Assembly (NCBI GenBank): GCA_021810375.1
Contig: JAJZJB010000003.1
Coordinates: forward strand, 1 to 46,755
Source: Candidatus Micrarchaeota archaeon
Lineage (GTDB): Archaea; Micrarchaeota; Micrarchaeia; Micrarchaeales; CABMGC01
Direction: 5' to 3'
Length of the DNA stretch: 46,755 nucleotides
A program made the position numbers and the translations under genes. This document shows positions 1-9,717 of the stretch, piece by piece. The notes under the pieces are model-generated. The model had not been told where the DNA came from. It made no database searches and was given only the letters and a program-made list of their open reading frames with translations. Each line of letters starts with the position of its first letter. The stretch's first letter is position 1.

Positions 1-171
1 ATTTCCTGTGTCTCTACAGATACCTACTTAAATAGCGTCATCTTCCTCAATCACTAATAATTATCCTATTGATGATTAATGATATAATATTATTAAACAT
101 CATGTATAAAGTTAGTAACTATAAGACCAAGGCTTATTAATCTTTTATGGGCAGTTTACTAATGGTCTAAA

Positions 172-561
172 ATGGAAATACTCAGCATTTCGATGGACAG
201 GACTGAGCTAAAGCGCCTTGAGGAGGTACAGAAGAAGCTTGGCTTCAAGAGTAGGTCTAAGATGCTTAGGAGCGCGCTCGAGAGCCTCGCAAAGGAGTAT
301 GACAGCGTGAATTCGCTTAAGGGGAACGTAGAGAGCGTTTTCGTGCTGACATACGCAGATACAAAGAAGGACAACGTTTCAGACGTATTGCACAGGTTCG
401 AGGACAACATTAAATCGGAGATGCATCACCACCATGCTGGAACCTGCATTGACATACTTAACCTGGAGACAACGGCGCAGGTAACAAGGAATTTCTTCGG
501 CGCGGTGAAAAGCTGCAAGGACATCAATACCGTTACCTATTCCATAGTAAGCGAGAAATAG
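172..561 (+). CDS. CopG/NikR-family ribbon-helix-helix metal-responsive regulator
   Basis: N-terminal RHH pattern (ILSISM...GFKSRSKMLRSAL) plus NikR-like C-terminal His/Cys motif (H...MHHHHAGTC). Confidence 0.8.
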   Translation: MEILSISMDRTELKRLEEVQKKLGFKSRSKMLRSALESLAKEYDSVNSLKGNVESVFVLTYADTKKDNVSDVLHRFEDNIKSEMHHHHAGTCIDILNLETTAQVTRNFFGAVKSCKDINTVTYSIVSEK

Positions 562-562
562 C

Positions 563-1636
563 CTATTCCCTTGCAAGCACCTTGTAAGCATCCCTAATGG
601 CTCTTTCAGTGGTATCCCACGAGATGCAGCCGTCGGTTATCGAGACGCCATACCTAAGGCTCTTTGGGTTCCCGGAAAAGTCCTGCCTCCCTTCGTATAT
701 GTTCGATTCGAGCATCAGTCCCACGATGCCTCGGTTTCCCCCGGCTATCTGCCTTACCAGGTTATCCAGTATCTCCGGTTGCCTCCTATAATCCTTGTTT
801 GAGTTGCCATGGCTGCAATCCACAACCAGGCGCATTGGCAAGCCTGCATGTTTCAGGAGCCCGAGGGCCTTTCCAACGCTCTTCCTGCCATAGTTCGGGC
901 CAGAGTCCCCGCCCCTCAACACTATATGCGCGTTACTGTTTCCAAATGTGTTAACCATTGCCGCCTTTCCTTTTTCATCAATTCCAAAGAACCATTGCGG
1001 CTGCCGTGCTGCTATTACTGCATTTACAGCCGTTTTCACGTCCCCATAAGTGTTGTTCTTGAACCCTACCGGCATGGAAAGCCCGGATGCCATCTGCCTG
1101 TGTGTTGGCGATTCCACTGTCCTCGCTCCTATTGCGGCCCAAGATACCAGGTCGCCTATGTACTGCGGTACAAAAGGCTCCAGAAACTCCGTGGCTGAGG
1201 GCAACCCTATATTGGCATTGTGCATAAGGATCCTCCTTGCCAGCCTTAAACCCTCATCCGTATGCTGCATTCCGTCCAGGTAAGGCTCGTTTATAAGTCC
1301 CTTCCACCCAACACTGGTCCTGGGCTTCTCGAAATAAACACGCTGAACAAAAAAGAATATGTCATCTAGTTCCCTGCTCAGTGTTTTGAGCCTGGCAGCA
1401 AAGTCCTTGTGTTCTTCTAAATCCCTGCTCGAGCAAGGTCCCACTATCATGAGCACCCTCCGATCCCTACCTGAAAGTATCCGCCTCACAGCACCCCTTC
1501 CATCCTCGACTGTCCTGCGAGCTCCTGCAGTGATTCTAAGCCCATCCTCCCTCTTCATCTCGAACGGGCTTATCAGGCCATTGTACTCTGCAATGTTGCT
1601 ATCCACCAGCCTGCGCACCCTTGTCCTAGTTACCAT
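563..1636 (-). CDS. aroG: 3-deoxy-7-phosphoheptulonate (DAHP) synthase, type I-alpha
   Basis: Motifs GPCS, RVYFEKPRTSVGWKGLINEP, IGARTVES, GLSMPVGFKN, DCSHGNS, YGVSITDGC; AroF/G/H subtype cannot be resolved by eye. Confidence 0.93.
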   Translation of the reverse strand: MVTRTRVRRLVDSNIAEYNGLISPFEMKREDGLRITAGARRTVEDGRGAVRRILSGRDRRVLMIVGPCSSRDLEEHKDFAARLKTLSRELDDIFFFVQRVYFEKPRTSVGWKGLINEPYLDGMQHTDEGLRLARRILMHNANIGLPSATEFLEPFVPQYIGDLVSWAAIGARTVESPTHRQMASGLSMPVGFKNNTYGDVKTAVNAVIAARQPQWFFGIDEKGKAAMVNTFGNSNAHIVLRGGDSGPNYGRKSVGKALGLLKHAGLPMRLVVDCSHGNSNKDYRRQPEILDNLVRQIAGGNRGIVGLMLESNIYEGRQDFSGNPKSLRYGVSITDGCISWDTTERAIRDAYKVLARE

Positions 1637-1753
1637 AAGCTAAACCTACAAGATTGATAAATATGTTTATGGTTCACCACGTATATATACGTTATTGAAT
1701 AAAAGTCAACAAATAAGCAATATTTATTAATATATTAGAATAATATTCAAATC

Positions 1754-2206
1754 ATGAAAAACCTTAGGCCAGGCATAATAGAGCTGTTAAAGAAAGGCAG
1801 CTGCACCCCAAGGATATCGGATCTTGCGTCAAAACTGCACTCCAAGTCGACAACCGTGCACTATAATGTGAAACAGATGGAGCACGACGGTACAATAAAG
1901 TCCTACAAGGCCGTATTCGACTACAACAAGATCGGCGAAGGGTTCTGTACTTATGTGCTGATAAGCCTTGGCAAACAGGAATACAAGAGCCCCGAGGTAG
2001 TGGCCGGAGAGCTGGCAAAATATGGCAACATAGAGAGCGTAGACATCGTGACCGGGCAATGGGAGATAATAATCAAGGTAAGGACAAAGGACATAGCGGA
2101 ATATTACGAATTCGCAAAAAAGGTCCTATCGCTGCATGGAATAGAAAAAACCCATACCCTGAATTCAATGCACCAGGTCAAGACGGAATTCATGACCATG
2201 GGATAG
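1754..2206 (+). CDS. Lrp/AsnC family transcriptional regulator
   Basis: N-terminal HTH (ISDLASKL...STTVHYNVKQM...G.I..Y) and RAM domain (VTGQWEIIIKV); divergent from DAHP synthase. Confidence 0.9.
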   Translation: MKNLRPGIIELLKKGSCTPRISDLASKLHSKSTTVHYNVKQMEHDGTIKSYKAVFDYNKIGEGFCTYVLISLGKQEYKSPEVVAGELAKYGNIESVDIVTGQWEIIIKVRTKDIAEYYEFAKKVLSLHGIEKTHTLNSMHQVKTEFMTMG

Positions 2207-2207
2207 T

Positions 2208-3107
2208 CTACTGCGCCTTCTTTTTCTTCTTTCCACCGAAATTGCCCTTGGGCTTTGGTATCTTCAACCCCGGGAACATACTCATAAGTGTCTCAGGGCT
2301 CACTTCCAGGTCAAGCTTAAGGTTGCTAAGCATTACGCTGAATAGGTATGTCTTTGCCGCGTTTCCCAATTCCTTGTCGCCTTTGCATGAGGACTCGATT
2401 TCCTTCATAGCCTCAGCTTCGCCAAGAGCGTTTGTTATCTTCTCCAGGTTTGCGGCGCTTTTCCTCATGGTCCCCATGAAGTTTGTTGCATAGGCTTCCA
2501 GCACATCCGTATCAATTCCCAGTATCTGCGCAGCCTTCCTGTCCGTTGCCATGCGTATCGATGAAAGGTGCGCAGCGACCTCCTCCGGCTTAGTATCCTT
2601 GGTTATCGACATCTTCTTTACCGAGACCCAGTCTCCATACTTAGCCATGAAGACAATCCCGTCGGATTGCAGCCCGGAGCCCTGCTTCCACACGGCTTTT
2701 CCTGAAAACGGTTTGCTGCTGCTCCTTATGTAATGGTCAAGGCCCATCTTTTCCAGGGCGCTCCTCAGTATGTATGCCTTTGCGAAGGGCTTGAGCTCTT
2801 CCCTGGCACCAGAGGCTCTGTTGACAATCTCCTCAACCTCTGGCGAACCCAGAGCCTTGTATATCCCAACAAGTTCCTTGTAGCTGCCTTTTGGCAGCTT
2901 GCTAGTAATCTTCTCAGAATAAGCGTCTATAGCTTTTATATCGATTCCAAGGATCTGAAATGCCCTCTTGTCCACGTCTTCCCTTATGGAAATGAGGAAC
3001 AAGGCTATGTCCTTCGGGTTTGTCGATGGTGTTACCACAAGGCTCCTTGAAACTACCCAGCCATTGTACCTGGCCATGAAGTCTAGGGAATCCCCGGTCT
3101 CCGCCAT
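2208..3107 (-). CDS. DUF2666-like protein with two tandem repeated domains
   Basis: Repeat FMARYNGWVV...T.PKDIA..L.SIR / FMAKYGDWVS...TKPEEVA..LSSIR, each followed by QILGID and AK.Y; lysine-rich tail. Confidence 0.6.
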   Translation of the reverse strand: MAETGDSLDFMARYNGWVVSRSLVVTPSTNPKDIALFLISIREDVDKRAFQILGIDIKAIDAYSEKITSKLPKGSYKELVGIYKALGSPEVEEIVNRASGAREELKPFAKAYILRSALEKMGLDHYIRSSSKPFSGKAVWKQGSGLQSDGIVFMAKYGDWVSVKKMSITKDTKPEEVAAHLSSIRMATDRKAAQILGIDTDVLEAYATNFMGTMRKSAANLEKITNALGEAEAMKEIESSCKGDKELGNAAKTYLFSVMLSNLKLDLEVSPETLMSMFPGLKIPKPKGNFGGKKKKKAQ

Positions 3108-3119
3108 CGCAAGACCCGG

Positions 3120-3347
3120 TTATGCCGTTGCAGTTGCTTCAACGTAATAGCCGGAGGCCTTCTCGCGCACCACGCGCTTGACCATTCCCTTGTTTCCAAG
3201 AGCGACGAGCGCATTGGTTACCATGCTCTTCGGCCTGTTGCATTTCTTGGCTATGTCGTCGGCAGTTTTCTTCTTGTCCTCCTTAGTGGCTCCAAGCTCC
3301 TGCATTGCCTGGACGACCAGCTTCTCTATAGGTGATAACTCTTCCAT
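3120..3347 (-). CDS. Small winged-helix DNA-binding protein
   Basis: KTADDIAKKCNRPKSMVTNALVALGNKGMVKR wHTH pattern; ATG at 3347 chosen over upstream GTG; directly downstream of rpl40e. Confidence 0.7.
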   Translation of the reverse strand: MEELSPIEKLVVQAMQELGATKEDKKKTADDIAKKCNRPKSMVTNALVALGNKGMVKRVVREKASGYYVEATATA

Positions 3348-3374
3348 TCGATTCACTCAATTCAAACTTTAAGA

Positions 3375-3527
3375 TCACTTCTTGACGCGCTTCTCCTTCC
3401 TCTTCGGCCTGAGGTACTTGTAGCCGCACTTCCTGCACTTCTGCGCCGACATTATGTTCCTTGACTTGCATCTTCTGCAGATCATTACGTTCGCCAGATT
3501 TTCATCGGCCAATGAGAATTTTCCCAT
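3375..3527 (-). CDS. rpl40e: 50S ribosomal protein L40e (absent from ORF track)
   Basis: Hand translation MGKFSLADENLANVMICRRCKSRNIMSAQKCRKCGYKYLRPKRKEKRVKK (50 aa), with the L40e CxxC...CxKC...LRPK signature. Confidence 0.95.
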   Translation of the reverse strand: MGKFSLADENLANVMICRRCKSRNIMSAQKCRKCGYKYLRPKRKEKRVKK

Positions 3528-3625
3528 GAATAAGCACCATACTTTTTCAGAATAACCGTTAAGAATTGCCTATCTCTATTGGCTGGCAATATTTATAAGA
3601 ATTTGCTTATGCGGCATAAGGCTCC

Positions 3626-4111
3626 TTACTGCCCGAGAGCCAGCCTTTCCAGCTCGGCCACTGCGTCGCCTATGTCATAATGGATATGGCCTCCGGAAAG
3701 CTCTATAGCAGTTTCCACCTGCAGGTTTGCCTTGCATGCCCCGGCATCTGCTGTAGCCCTGAAGTCGCCCCTATACCCAACCACCTTCTTTCCGCTCGCA
3801 TACCCGTAACCTATCTCAATAGACGTGCCACTATCCACATCTGTGCCATCAAGTATCGCGAAGATGAATCCAGAGCCATCAATCTTGGCGAAATTGTCCG
3901 TGCCTATGCCTATCGCTTCGTTGTGCGACATTGCTTCCATCGAATTGCGCAATTCTGTGTTAGTCTTGCCCATCACTTGATCGAATGGGTTTATGACCTC
4001 GAAACCTGCAGATGCAAGTTTAGGCACAACAACCTCGGCAAGCCAGAGCCTCCCAGCATCAGAGAAACCTGACGGGTTTGCGATGTAAACTACTGGTTTT
4101 CTGCTGTTCAT
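3626..4111 (-). CDS. Nucleoside 2-deoxyribosyltransferase family protein
   Basis: VYIANP.GFS, D...ID, DGTDVDSGTSIEIGYGYASGKKVVGYRGDFR, NL motif. Confidence 0.88.
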   Translation of the reverse strand: MNSRKPVVYIANPSGFSDAGRLWLAEVVVPKLASAGFEVINPFDQVMGKTNTELRNSMEAMSHNEAIGIGTDNFAKIDGSGFIFAILDGTDVDSGTSIEIGYGYASGKKVVGYRGDFRATADAGACKANLQVETAIELSGGHIHYDIGDAVAELERLALGQ

Positions 4112-4136
4112 GGTTTGTGCCCAATCCCACTGCGTT

Positions 4137-5483
4137 TCAATGCCTCAGTATCCTGTCCATGTGCGGCATGCCGATATCATCCCTGAAATGAAGGTTGTTG
4201 TCCTCTACCTGTATTTCAGACATGGCAGCGTATGCCCTCTCCCTTGCGCCATTCGTGTTCCAGTCCTCTGCAACCACATAGAAGAGCCTTCCGCCATTGG
4301 CATAATATCTGCCATTCTCGATCTTCACTCCTGCCCCGAATATAGTGACGCCATCAACCTTGGCTGCCCTGTCAAGCCCTACGATCTCCTTGCCAATTGC
4401 CTTGCTGTAGTCTTCAGGGTAGCCCCTGGCTGCAGCCGTGACTGCGACCCTTGCCTTTCCATCATTGGCTATCCTGTGGGATGTTATCTCCCCGCGCGCA
4501 ACACCCATGTTGAGTCTGAAATAATCATCAATTATTCCCGGAACCACCACCTGCGCTTCTGGTTCTCCCCATCTTGCATTCCATTCAAGTACGTAGAGCC
4601 TTAGTTCTCCGTCCTTATGTACAAGCATGCCTCCCATGTAAAGCACTCCATTGTACTTCCTGCCTTCTTTCTTGAGGCATCTTATCGCGCGGTCAAAGAG
4701 TATCGTGGTGTATTCCTCGATTGCAGGCGTGATTGCCGAATGCGGGGTGCTGGCTCCCATGCCGCCTGTATTGCTGCCTCTCTCCCCACTCTCAGCTTTG
4801 TTGTAATCCTGCGCAAATCCTAGCAATTGCACATCACGCCCATCACTCATAGCGAACGCTGAGAATTCCTCCCCTGTGATCATGCCATCGCCTGTGAGCC
4901 ATTCCTCTATAACTACTTTCTTGTGTAAAGGGGACTTGGTCCAACCAAGCTTTTTTATTGCAATCCTGGCCTCTTCTATGGTTAGGGCTCCTATCGAGCC
5001 GCTTCCTCCCATCAATCCATCGGCTTTTATGAACAGGGGCCTGAATGCCCTGGTGTCCACATACCTCATAGCTGGCGGTATGCCCACGGCTATGTAAAAC
5101 TCTGGCTGGGGTATCATGTGCCTCTTGCCAAATTCCCTTGCAAAGGCCTTGCTCCATTCTATTTCCCCCGCGCGCATGCCTGGCCCTACGGTAGCTACCC
5201 CATTGGCCCGTAGTGCATCCGCCAGTCCTGCCCTAACCGCCTTTGAACTGGATACATCGGCTAGCGCGACATTGCGGCTTCTACACAGGTCCGCTATCTC
5301 ATTGACATCGGTTGTCCTGAGCATAGGATATGTCTCAACGGGTTTCTCCTTGCCCTGCGCCATCATGTCGTTTCCAGGTATGGCAATGATCCTGTCAACA
5401 TCCGGGCTCTGGAGATACTTGCTAGCAAGCACTGCTCCCCTGCCTCCTTTGTCTATCACTGCCACAATATTTTCCCTGGGCAT
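4137..5483 (-). CDS. purD: Phosphoribosylamine-glycine ligase (GARS)-like, divergent motifs
   Basis: IPGN, IEWSKAFA, IKADGL, GEEFS, NTGGMGA, EWNARWGEPEAQ, GYP.DY, NGGR, FRDDIG. Confidence 0.85.
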   Translation of the reverse strand: MPRENIVAVIDKGGRGAVLASKYLQSPDVDRIIAIPGNDMMAQGKEKPVETYPMLRTTDVNEIADLCRSRNVALADVSSSKAVRAGLADALRANGVATVGPGMRAGEIEWSKAFAREFGKRHMIPQPEFYIAVGIPPAMRYVDTRAFRPLFIKADGLMGGSGSIGALTIEEARIAIKKLGWTKSPLHKKVVIEEWLTGDGMITGEEFSAFAMSDGRDVQLLGFAQDYNKAESGERGSNTGGMGASTPHSAITPAIEEYTTILFDRAIRCLKKEGRKYNGVLYMGGMLVHKDGELRLYVLEWNARWGEPEAQVVVPGIIDDYFRLNMGVARGEITSHRIANDGKARVAVTAAARGYPEDYSKAIGKEIVGLDRAAKVDGVTIFGAGVKIENGRYYANGGRLFYVVAEDWNTNGARERAYAAMSEIQVEDNNLHFRDDIGMPHMDRILRH

Positions 5484-5697
5484 AGAAGAATCAATACCAT
5501 TTGGATTCCTGCTTTAATAAATTACCGTAAACCTTGTTCAGCATTATTATGCATTGCGCAGACTGCATTGCAGCCTATGCCAACGTTAAATTGGCCTTCG
5601 CCCGGATAAATGCATACGATGGGGCAAAGTTTATAATGGCTTGCCGGGATATATATAGTAACTATTTTCCTCAAAATTGTGAAAAAAGGCACTTAAC

Positions 5698-7854
5698 ATG
5701 GCAAACGGAGTGGAATTGACTGTAGCAGATGCATTGGTGACAGATTCTGGCAGGAGCATAGCCAGGATAGACGCCAGGTCGAGAAAGATCCTTGATGTCG
5801 TGTCTGGGGACATAATAGAGATAAAGGGAAAACTGAAGACCACTGCCGCTACCGTGTGGCAGGCGCACCCTAGCGACGAAGGGCTCGGATTCATAAGGAT
5901 TGACGGTTATCTCAGGCAGAATGTTGGCGCAGGCATAGGTGACAAGGTATTCATATCCAAGGCCACCGTAAAGGATGCTGAAAGGATAGTCCTTGCACCG
6001 CCCCCAAGCCAGAAGCCGCCGCTCTCTCCAGACTTCTCTGAATATGCAAAGAGAAGGCTTGAGAACAGGCCGCTTGTGAAGGGCGATTCCGTGCCAATAC
6101 CGATGTTCGGGCTAGTGTTCAATTTTCTGGTCATACAGGTGGTTCCGCACGGAGTGGTCAGGGTCACCAAGGACACGCACTTCATAGTGAAGGACGAGCC
6201 GGTATCCGAATCGCTGGTAAAGATAGGAGATGTTCATTACGAAGATATCGGCGGGCTTGATGATGTGAAGCAGAAGATAAGGGAAATGGTAGAGCTGCCA
6301 ATAAGGTATCCGGAACTCTTCGAGCGCCTTGGCATAGAACCTCCACGCGGAGTGCTTCTCTATGGCCCTCCAGGGACTGGAAAGACCCTGCTCGCAAAGG
6401 CTGTCGCTAACGAGAGCGATGCAAATTTCATAGCGGTCTCGGGGCCAGAGCTTGTGTCTAAATTTGTAGGCGAGAGCGAGGAGAAGCTCAGGGAAATATT
6501 CAAGGATGCAAACGAGAAGGCTCCGACAATCATATTCATGGATGAGATCGATGCGATAGCGCCCAAGAGGGAGGAAGCTACCAACGAGGTAGAGCGCAGA
6601 ATGGTCTCGCAGCTGCTAACCCTTATGGACGGAATGCCGCACCGCGGCCAGGTGATAGTGCTTGCCGCTACAAACAGGCCGGATGCCATAGAAGCAGCGT
6701 TGAGAAGGCCTGGCAGATTCGACAGGGAGATAGAAATCGGAGTGCCTAGCCGCAATGCGAGAAAGGAGATACTTCAGATACACACAAGGAACATGCCCAT
6801 AGCAAAGGATGTGAGCGTGGATGAATTGGCCAACATAACGCACGGATACACCGGCGCTGACCTTAATGCCCTTGTCAGGGAAGCGGCTATGTCGACGCTT
6901 AGGAGCATACTCCCGAAAATAATAGACAAGCAGTCAATCCCTTCCGAGATCCTGCTCAATCTGACAGTCACCCGCGAAGACTTCATGAGCGCCATGAAGA
7001 ACATACAACCAAGCGCACTCAGGGAAGTCTTTGTGGAAAGGCCAAATGTGCATTGGACTGACATCGGCGGCCTGGACCACATACGCGAGGAGATAAAGGA
7101 AGCAGTCGAGCTGCCGCTAAAGAATCCAGAGCAGTTTAAGAAGATGGGCATACGCCCCATCAAGGGCATGCTGCTGGTCGGGCCTCCAGGGACTGGAAAG
7201 ACCCTGCTTGCCAAGGCCGTTGCTACTGAGAGGGAAGCCAACTTCATATCAATAAAAGGGCCCGAGATACTAAGCAAGTATGTAGGGGAGAGCGAGAAGA
7301 CCATACGCGAGATATTCAGGAAGGCAAGGCTTGCCGCTCCGTGCATAATATTCATCGACGAGATAGACGCAATAGCGCTACCCAGAAGCGAGTACTCAGC
7401 AGACTCGCATGTCAGCGAGAGAGTTGTAGATACGCTGCTCACAGAGATGGACGGGTTGCAGGAGACTAAGGACGTTGTGATATTGGCAGCTACAAATAAC
7501 CCGGAGAAGGTTGACTACGCGCTTCTCAGGCCTGGAAGGTTCGACAAGATAATCGAGATACCAATGCCTGACGAGAATGCAAGGATCAAGATATTCGAGA
7601 TACATACCAAGAGGATGCCTCTGGACAAGAGCGTAGTCCTATCGGAATTCGCAAGACTTACGGAGAACTACACGAGTGCTGAGATCGAGAACATCTGCAG
7701 GGAAGCCGGAATGAATGCGATAAGGAACAAGCGCGATGTGGTTAATAAGGAGGACTTCATGAAGGCAATGCAGGACGTCAGGCCTACAGTACCCAAGGAG
7801 CTTGCGGAGCGCATCAAGAGGTTCAAGGAAGAGCCAGAATCAATGTACCGCTGA
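5698..7854 (+). CDS. cdc48: CDC48/VCP family AAA+ ATPase
   Basis: N-domain plus two AAA modules, each with GPPGTGKT, IF(M/I)DEID and RPGRFD. Confidence 0.97.
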   Translation: MANGVELTVADALVTDSGRSIARIDARSRKILDVVSGDIIEIKGKLKTTAATVWQAHPSDEGLGFIRIDGYLRQNVGAGIGDKVFISKATVKDAERIVLAPPPSQKPPLSPDFSEYAKRRLENRPLVKGDSVPIPMFGLVFNFLVIQVVPHGVVRVTKDTHFIVKDEPVSESLVKIGDVHYEDIGGLDDVKQKIREMVELPIRYPELFERLGIEPPRGVLLYGPPGTGKTLLAKAVANESDANFIAVSGPELVSKFVGESEEKLREIFKDANEKAPTIIFMDEIDAIAPKREEATNEVERRMVSQLLTLMDGMPHRGQVIVLAATNRPDAIEAALRRPGRFDREIEIGVPSRNARKEILQIHTRNMPIAKDVSVDELANITHGYTGADLNALVREAAMSTLRSILPKIIDKQSIPSEILLNLTVTREDFMSAMKNIQPSALREVFVERPNVHWTDIGGLDHIREEIKEAVELPLKNPEQFKKMGIRPIKGMLLVGPPGTGKTLLAKAVATEREANFISIKGPEILSKYVGESEKTIREIFRKARLAAPCIIFIDEIDAIALPRSEYSADSHVSERVVDTLLTEMDGLQETKDVVILAATNNPEKVDYALLRPGRFDKIIEIPMPDENARIKIFEIHTKRMPLDKSVVLSEFARLTENYTSAEIENICREAGMNAIRNKRDVVNKEDFMKAMQDVRPTVPKELAERIKRFKEEPESMYR

Positions 7855-7866
7855 TCGAGTGATTTT

Positions 7867-8256
7867 ATGAAGATTGTATATTCTGACAAGAAGAGTGGAA
7901 AGACCGCACAGGCAGAAGTGCCAAAGGAATTCGAGGCAATGGTGGTGGGAAGGAAGATAGGGGAGCAGATAGAAGGATCAACGATAAAGTTTGACGGAAT
8001 GAAGCTGCAGATAACAGGGCTGACTGATAATACCGGTTCGCCTTCCAGGAGGGAAATCGACGGGACAAGGAAAGCCAGGCCGCTCCTGAGCAACGCCCCG
8101 GGCATAAGGGGAGCAAAGAAGGGATACAGGGCAAGGCGCCTGATAAGGGGGAACACAGTGAGCACAGACACATCGCAGATCAATACTGTGATAGTGGAGA
8201 TGGGCACGCATACTCTAGAACAGCTCTTCAAACCAAAGGAGAAGAAGGCAGAATAG
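7867..8256 (+). CDS. rps6e: 30S ribosomal protein S6e
   Basis: MKIVYSDKKSG...G.KIGE.I.G...LQITG..D.TG.P...R.R..IRGN.V..D..QIN. Confidence 0.93.
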   Translation: MKIVYSDKKSGKTAQAEVPKEFEAMVVGRKIGEQIEGSTIKFDGMKLQITGLTDNTGSPSRREIDGTRKARPLLSNAPGIRGAKKGYRARRLIRGNTVSTDTSQINTVIVEMGTHTLEQLFKPKEKKAE

Positions 8257-8500
8257 CCAGCTTATCATAAGGCAATGCCCAGAAGCAGACAAAGAGCATC
8301 CTTTGCGTGATACTGTTATTGCATTACGCAGAGGAAGCCCACACGCCCGTCTGCGTGAGAATGCCACAGGAGGCAAAGAGGACTGCATTGGAATCGAAGT
8401 CCGGGAGTAGCTAGATTCTAACGCTAAAAACAGCTATAATTAAATACTTATAGAGCAAGATAAATACCGTTCTGCCTAACTTTATTTGAGACTGGATCTT

Positions 8501-9709
8501 ATGCTGAAACAAAGCGAATTGAACATAGGGACACTTGGCCATGTAGACCACGGAAAGACAACTCTCACAGCTGCGCTCACGCACCAGTGGACTGACAAGC
8601 ACAGCGAGAGCGTAAAGAGGAGCATGACTATAAAGTTGGGATATGCCGATACTATAATAAGGAGGTGCAAGGATGCGGGGCTATACCCGTTTACCACAGA
8701 TGCCAAATGCCCGGGCGGCGCCACCCCAGAAGAAGTCCGCAGGATATCACTCCTTGATTCCCCGGGCCACGAGACTCTAATGGCTACGGCAATAGCCGGG
8801 TCAAACATAATCGATGCCGCGCTCTTCGTGATATCTGCCGCAGAGCCTGCGCCAATGCCGCAGACAAGGGAGCACCTTATGCTTATCAATGCGCTTGGCA
8901 TAAACAATGTCATAATAGTGCAGACAAAGATCGATGTTGTGGGAAAGGAGAGGGCGAAGAAGCATTACGACCAGATACGTAACTTCATAAAAGGGAGCAA
9001 AATCGAGAACGCACCGATAGTCCCGGTGATGGCTAACAAGAACATAAACGTGGATGCCCTGCTTGACGAGATAATGAAGATCAAGGTTCCGGAGAGGGAT
9101 GTTTCTGCTGATCCTATACTCTACGTAGCAAGGTCGTTCGATGTGAACAAGCCCGGAACATCAATAAAGAAACTTGTCGGCGGGGTCATAGGCGGATCAA
9201 TAATACGCGGCAAGTTCAAGGTTGGAGACGAGATAGAGATACGGCCCGGCATAAACATGGCCAAGGATAAGAGCAAGAAGGAGACATTCGAGCCTATAGT
9301 AACCCGCATCGAGAGCCTTTCTGCAGGCTCCGAGGAGCTTGACGAGGCAATACCCGGCGGACTGATAGCAGTAGGCACCAGCATGGACCCTTCACTTACA
9401 AAAGCCGACGGGCTTGTAGGCCAGATAGTCGGCCACAAGGACAAGCTGCCGCAATCAACAAACAGCATAACGATAAATTACAACTCCTTAAACAGGGACG
9501 ACATACCAAAGCAGTCTTTCAGGCCTGATGAGCTGGTGTTGCTAGGCATAGGCACAGGGACAGTGGTTGGCTATATAACGAAAATAAAGAAGAATAAGCT
9601 CGAGATAGGGCTGAAACACACCATCTGTGCGGACAAGTCCGAGAAGATCTCCGTGCTCAGGAACTTCTCGCAAAGATGGAAACTCTCGGGCTACGGCACG
9701 CTTGCATAA
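8501..9709 (+). CDS. eif2g: Translation initiation factor 2 gamma subunit
   Basis: NIGTLGHVDHGKTT, TIKLGYA, DSPGHETLMA, PQTREHL, ARSFDVNKPG; ATG at 8501. Confidence 0.96.
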   Translation: MLKQSELNIGTLGHVDHGKTTLTAALTHQWTDKHSESVKRSMTIKLGYADTIIRRCKDAGLYPFTTDAKCPGGATPEEVRRISLLDSPGHETLMATAIAGSNIIDAALFVISAAEPAPMPQTREHLMLINALGINNVIIVQTKIDVVGKERAKKHYDQIRNFIKGSKIENAPIVPVMANKNINVDALLDEIMKIKVPERDVSADPILYVARSFDVNKPGTSIKKLVGGVIGGSIIRGKFKVGDEIEIRPGINMAKDKSKKETFEPIVTRIESLSAGSEELDEAIPGGLIAVGTSMDPSLTKADGLVGQIVGHKDKLPQSTNSITINYNSLNRDDIPKQSFRPDELVLLGIGTGTVVGYITKIKKNKLEIGLKHTICADKSEKISVLRNFSQRWKLSGYGTLA

Positions 9710-9717
9710 GCCGCATC

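Noticed and set aside
6367-7208. Identical 26-nt stretch CCTCCAGGGACTGGAAAGACCCTGCT at 6367 and 7183
   Set aside because: Encodes the two Walker A motifs of Cdc48; explained by protein constraint plus codon bias, not a mobile or regulatory repeat
8257-8500. ~240-bp gap between rps6e and eif2g
   Set aside because: Only very short ORFs; no tRNA, SRP or RNase P structure recognised
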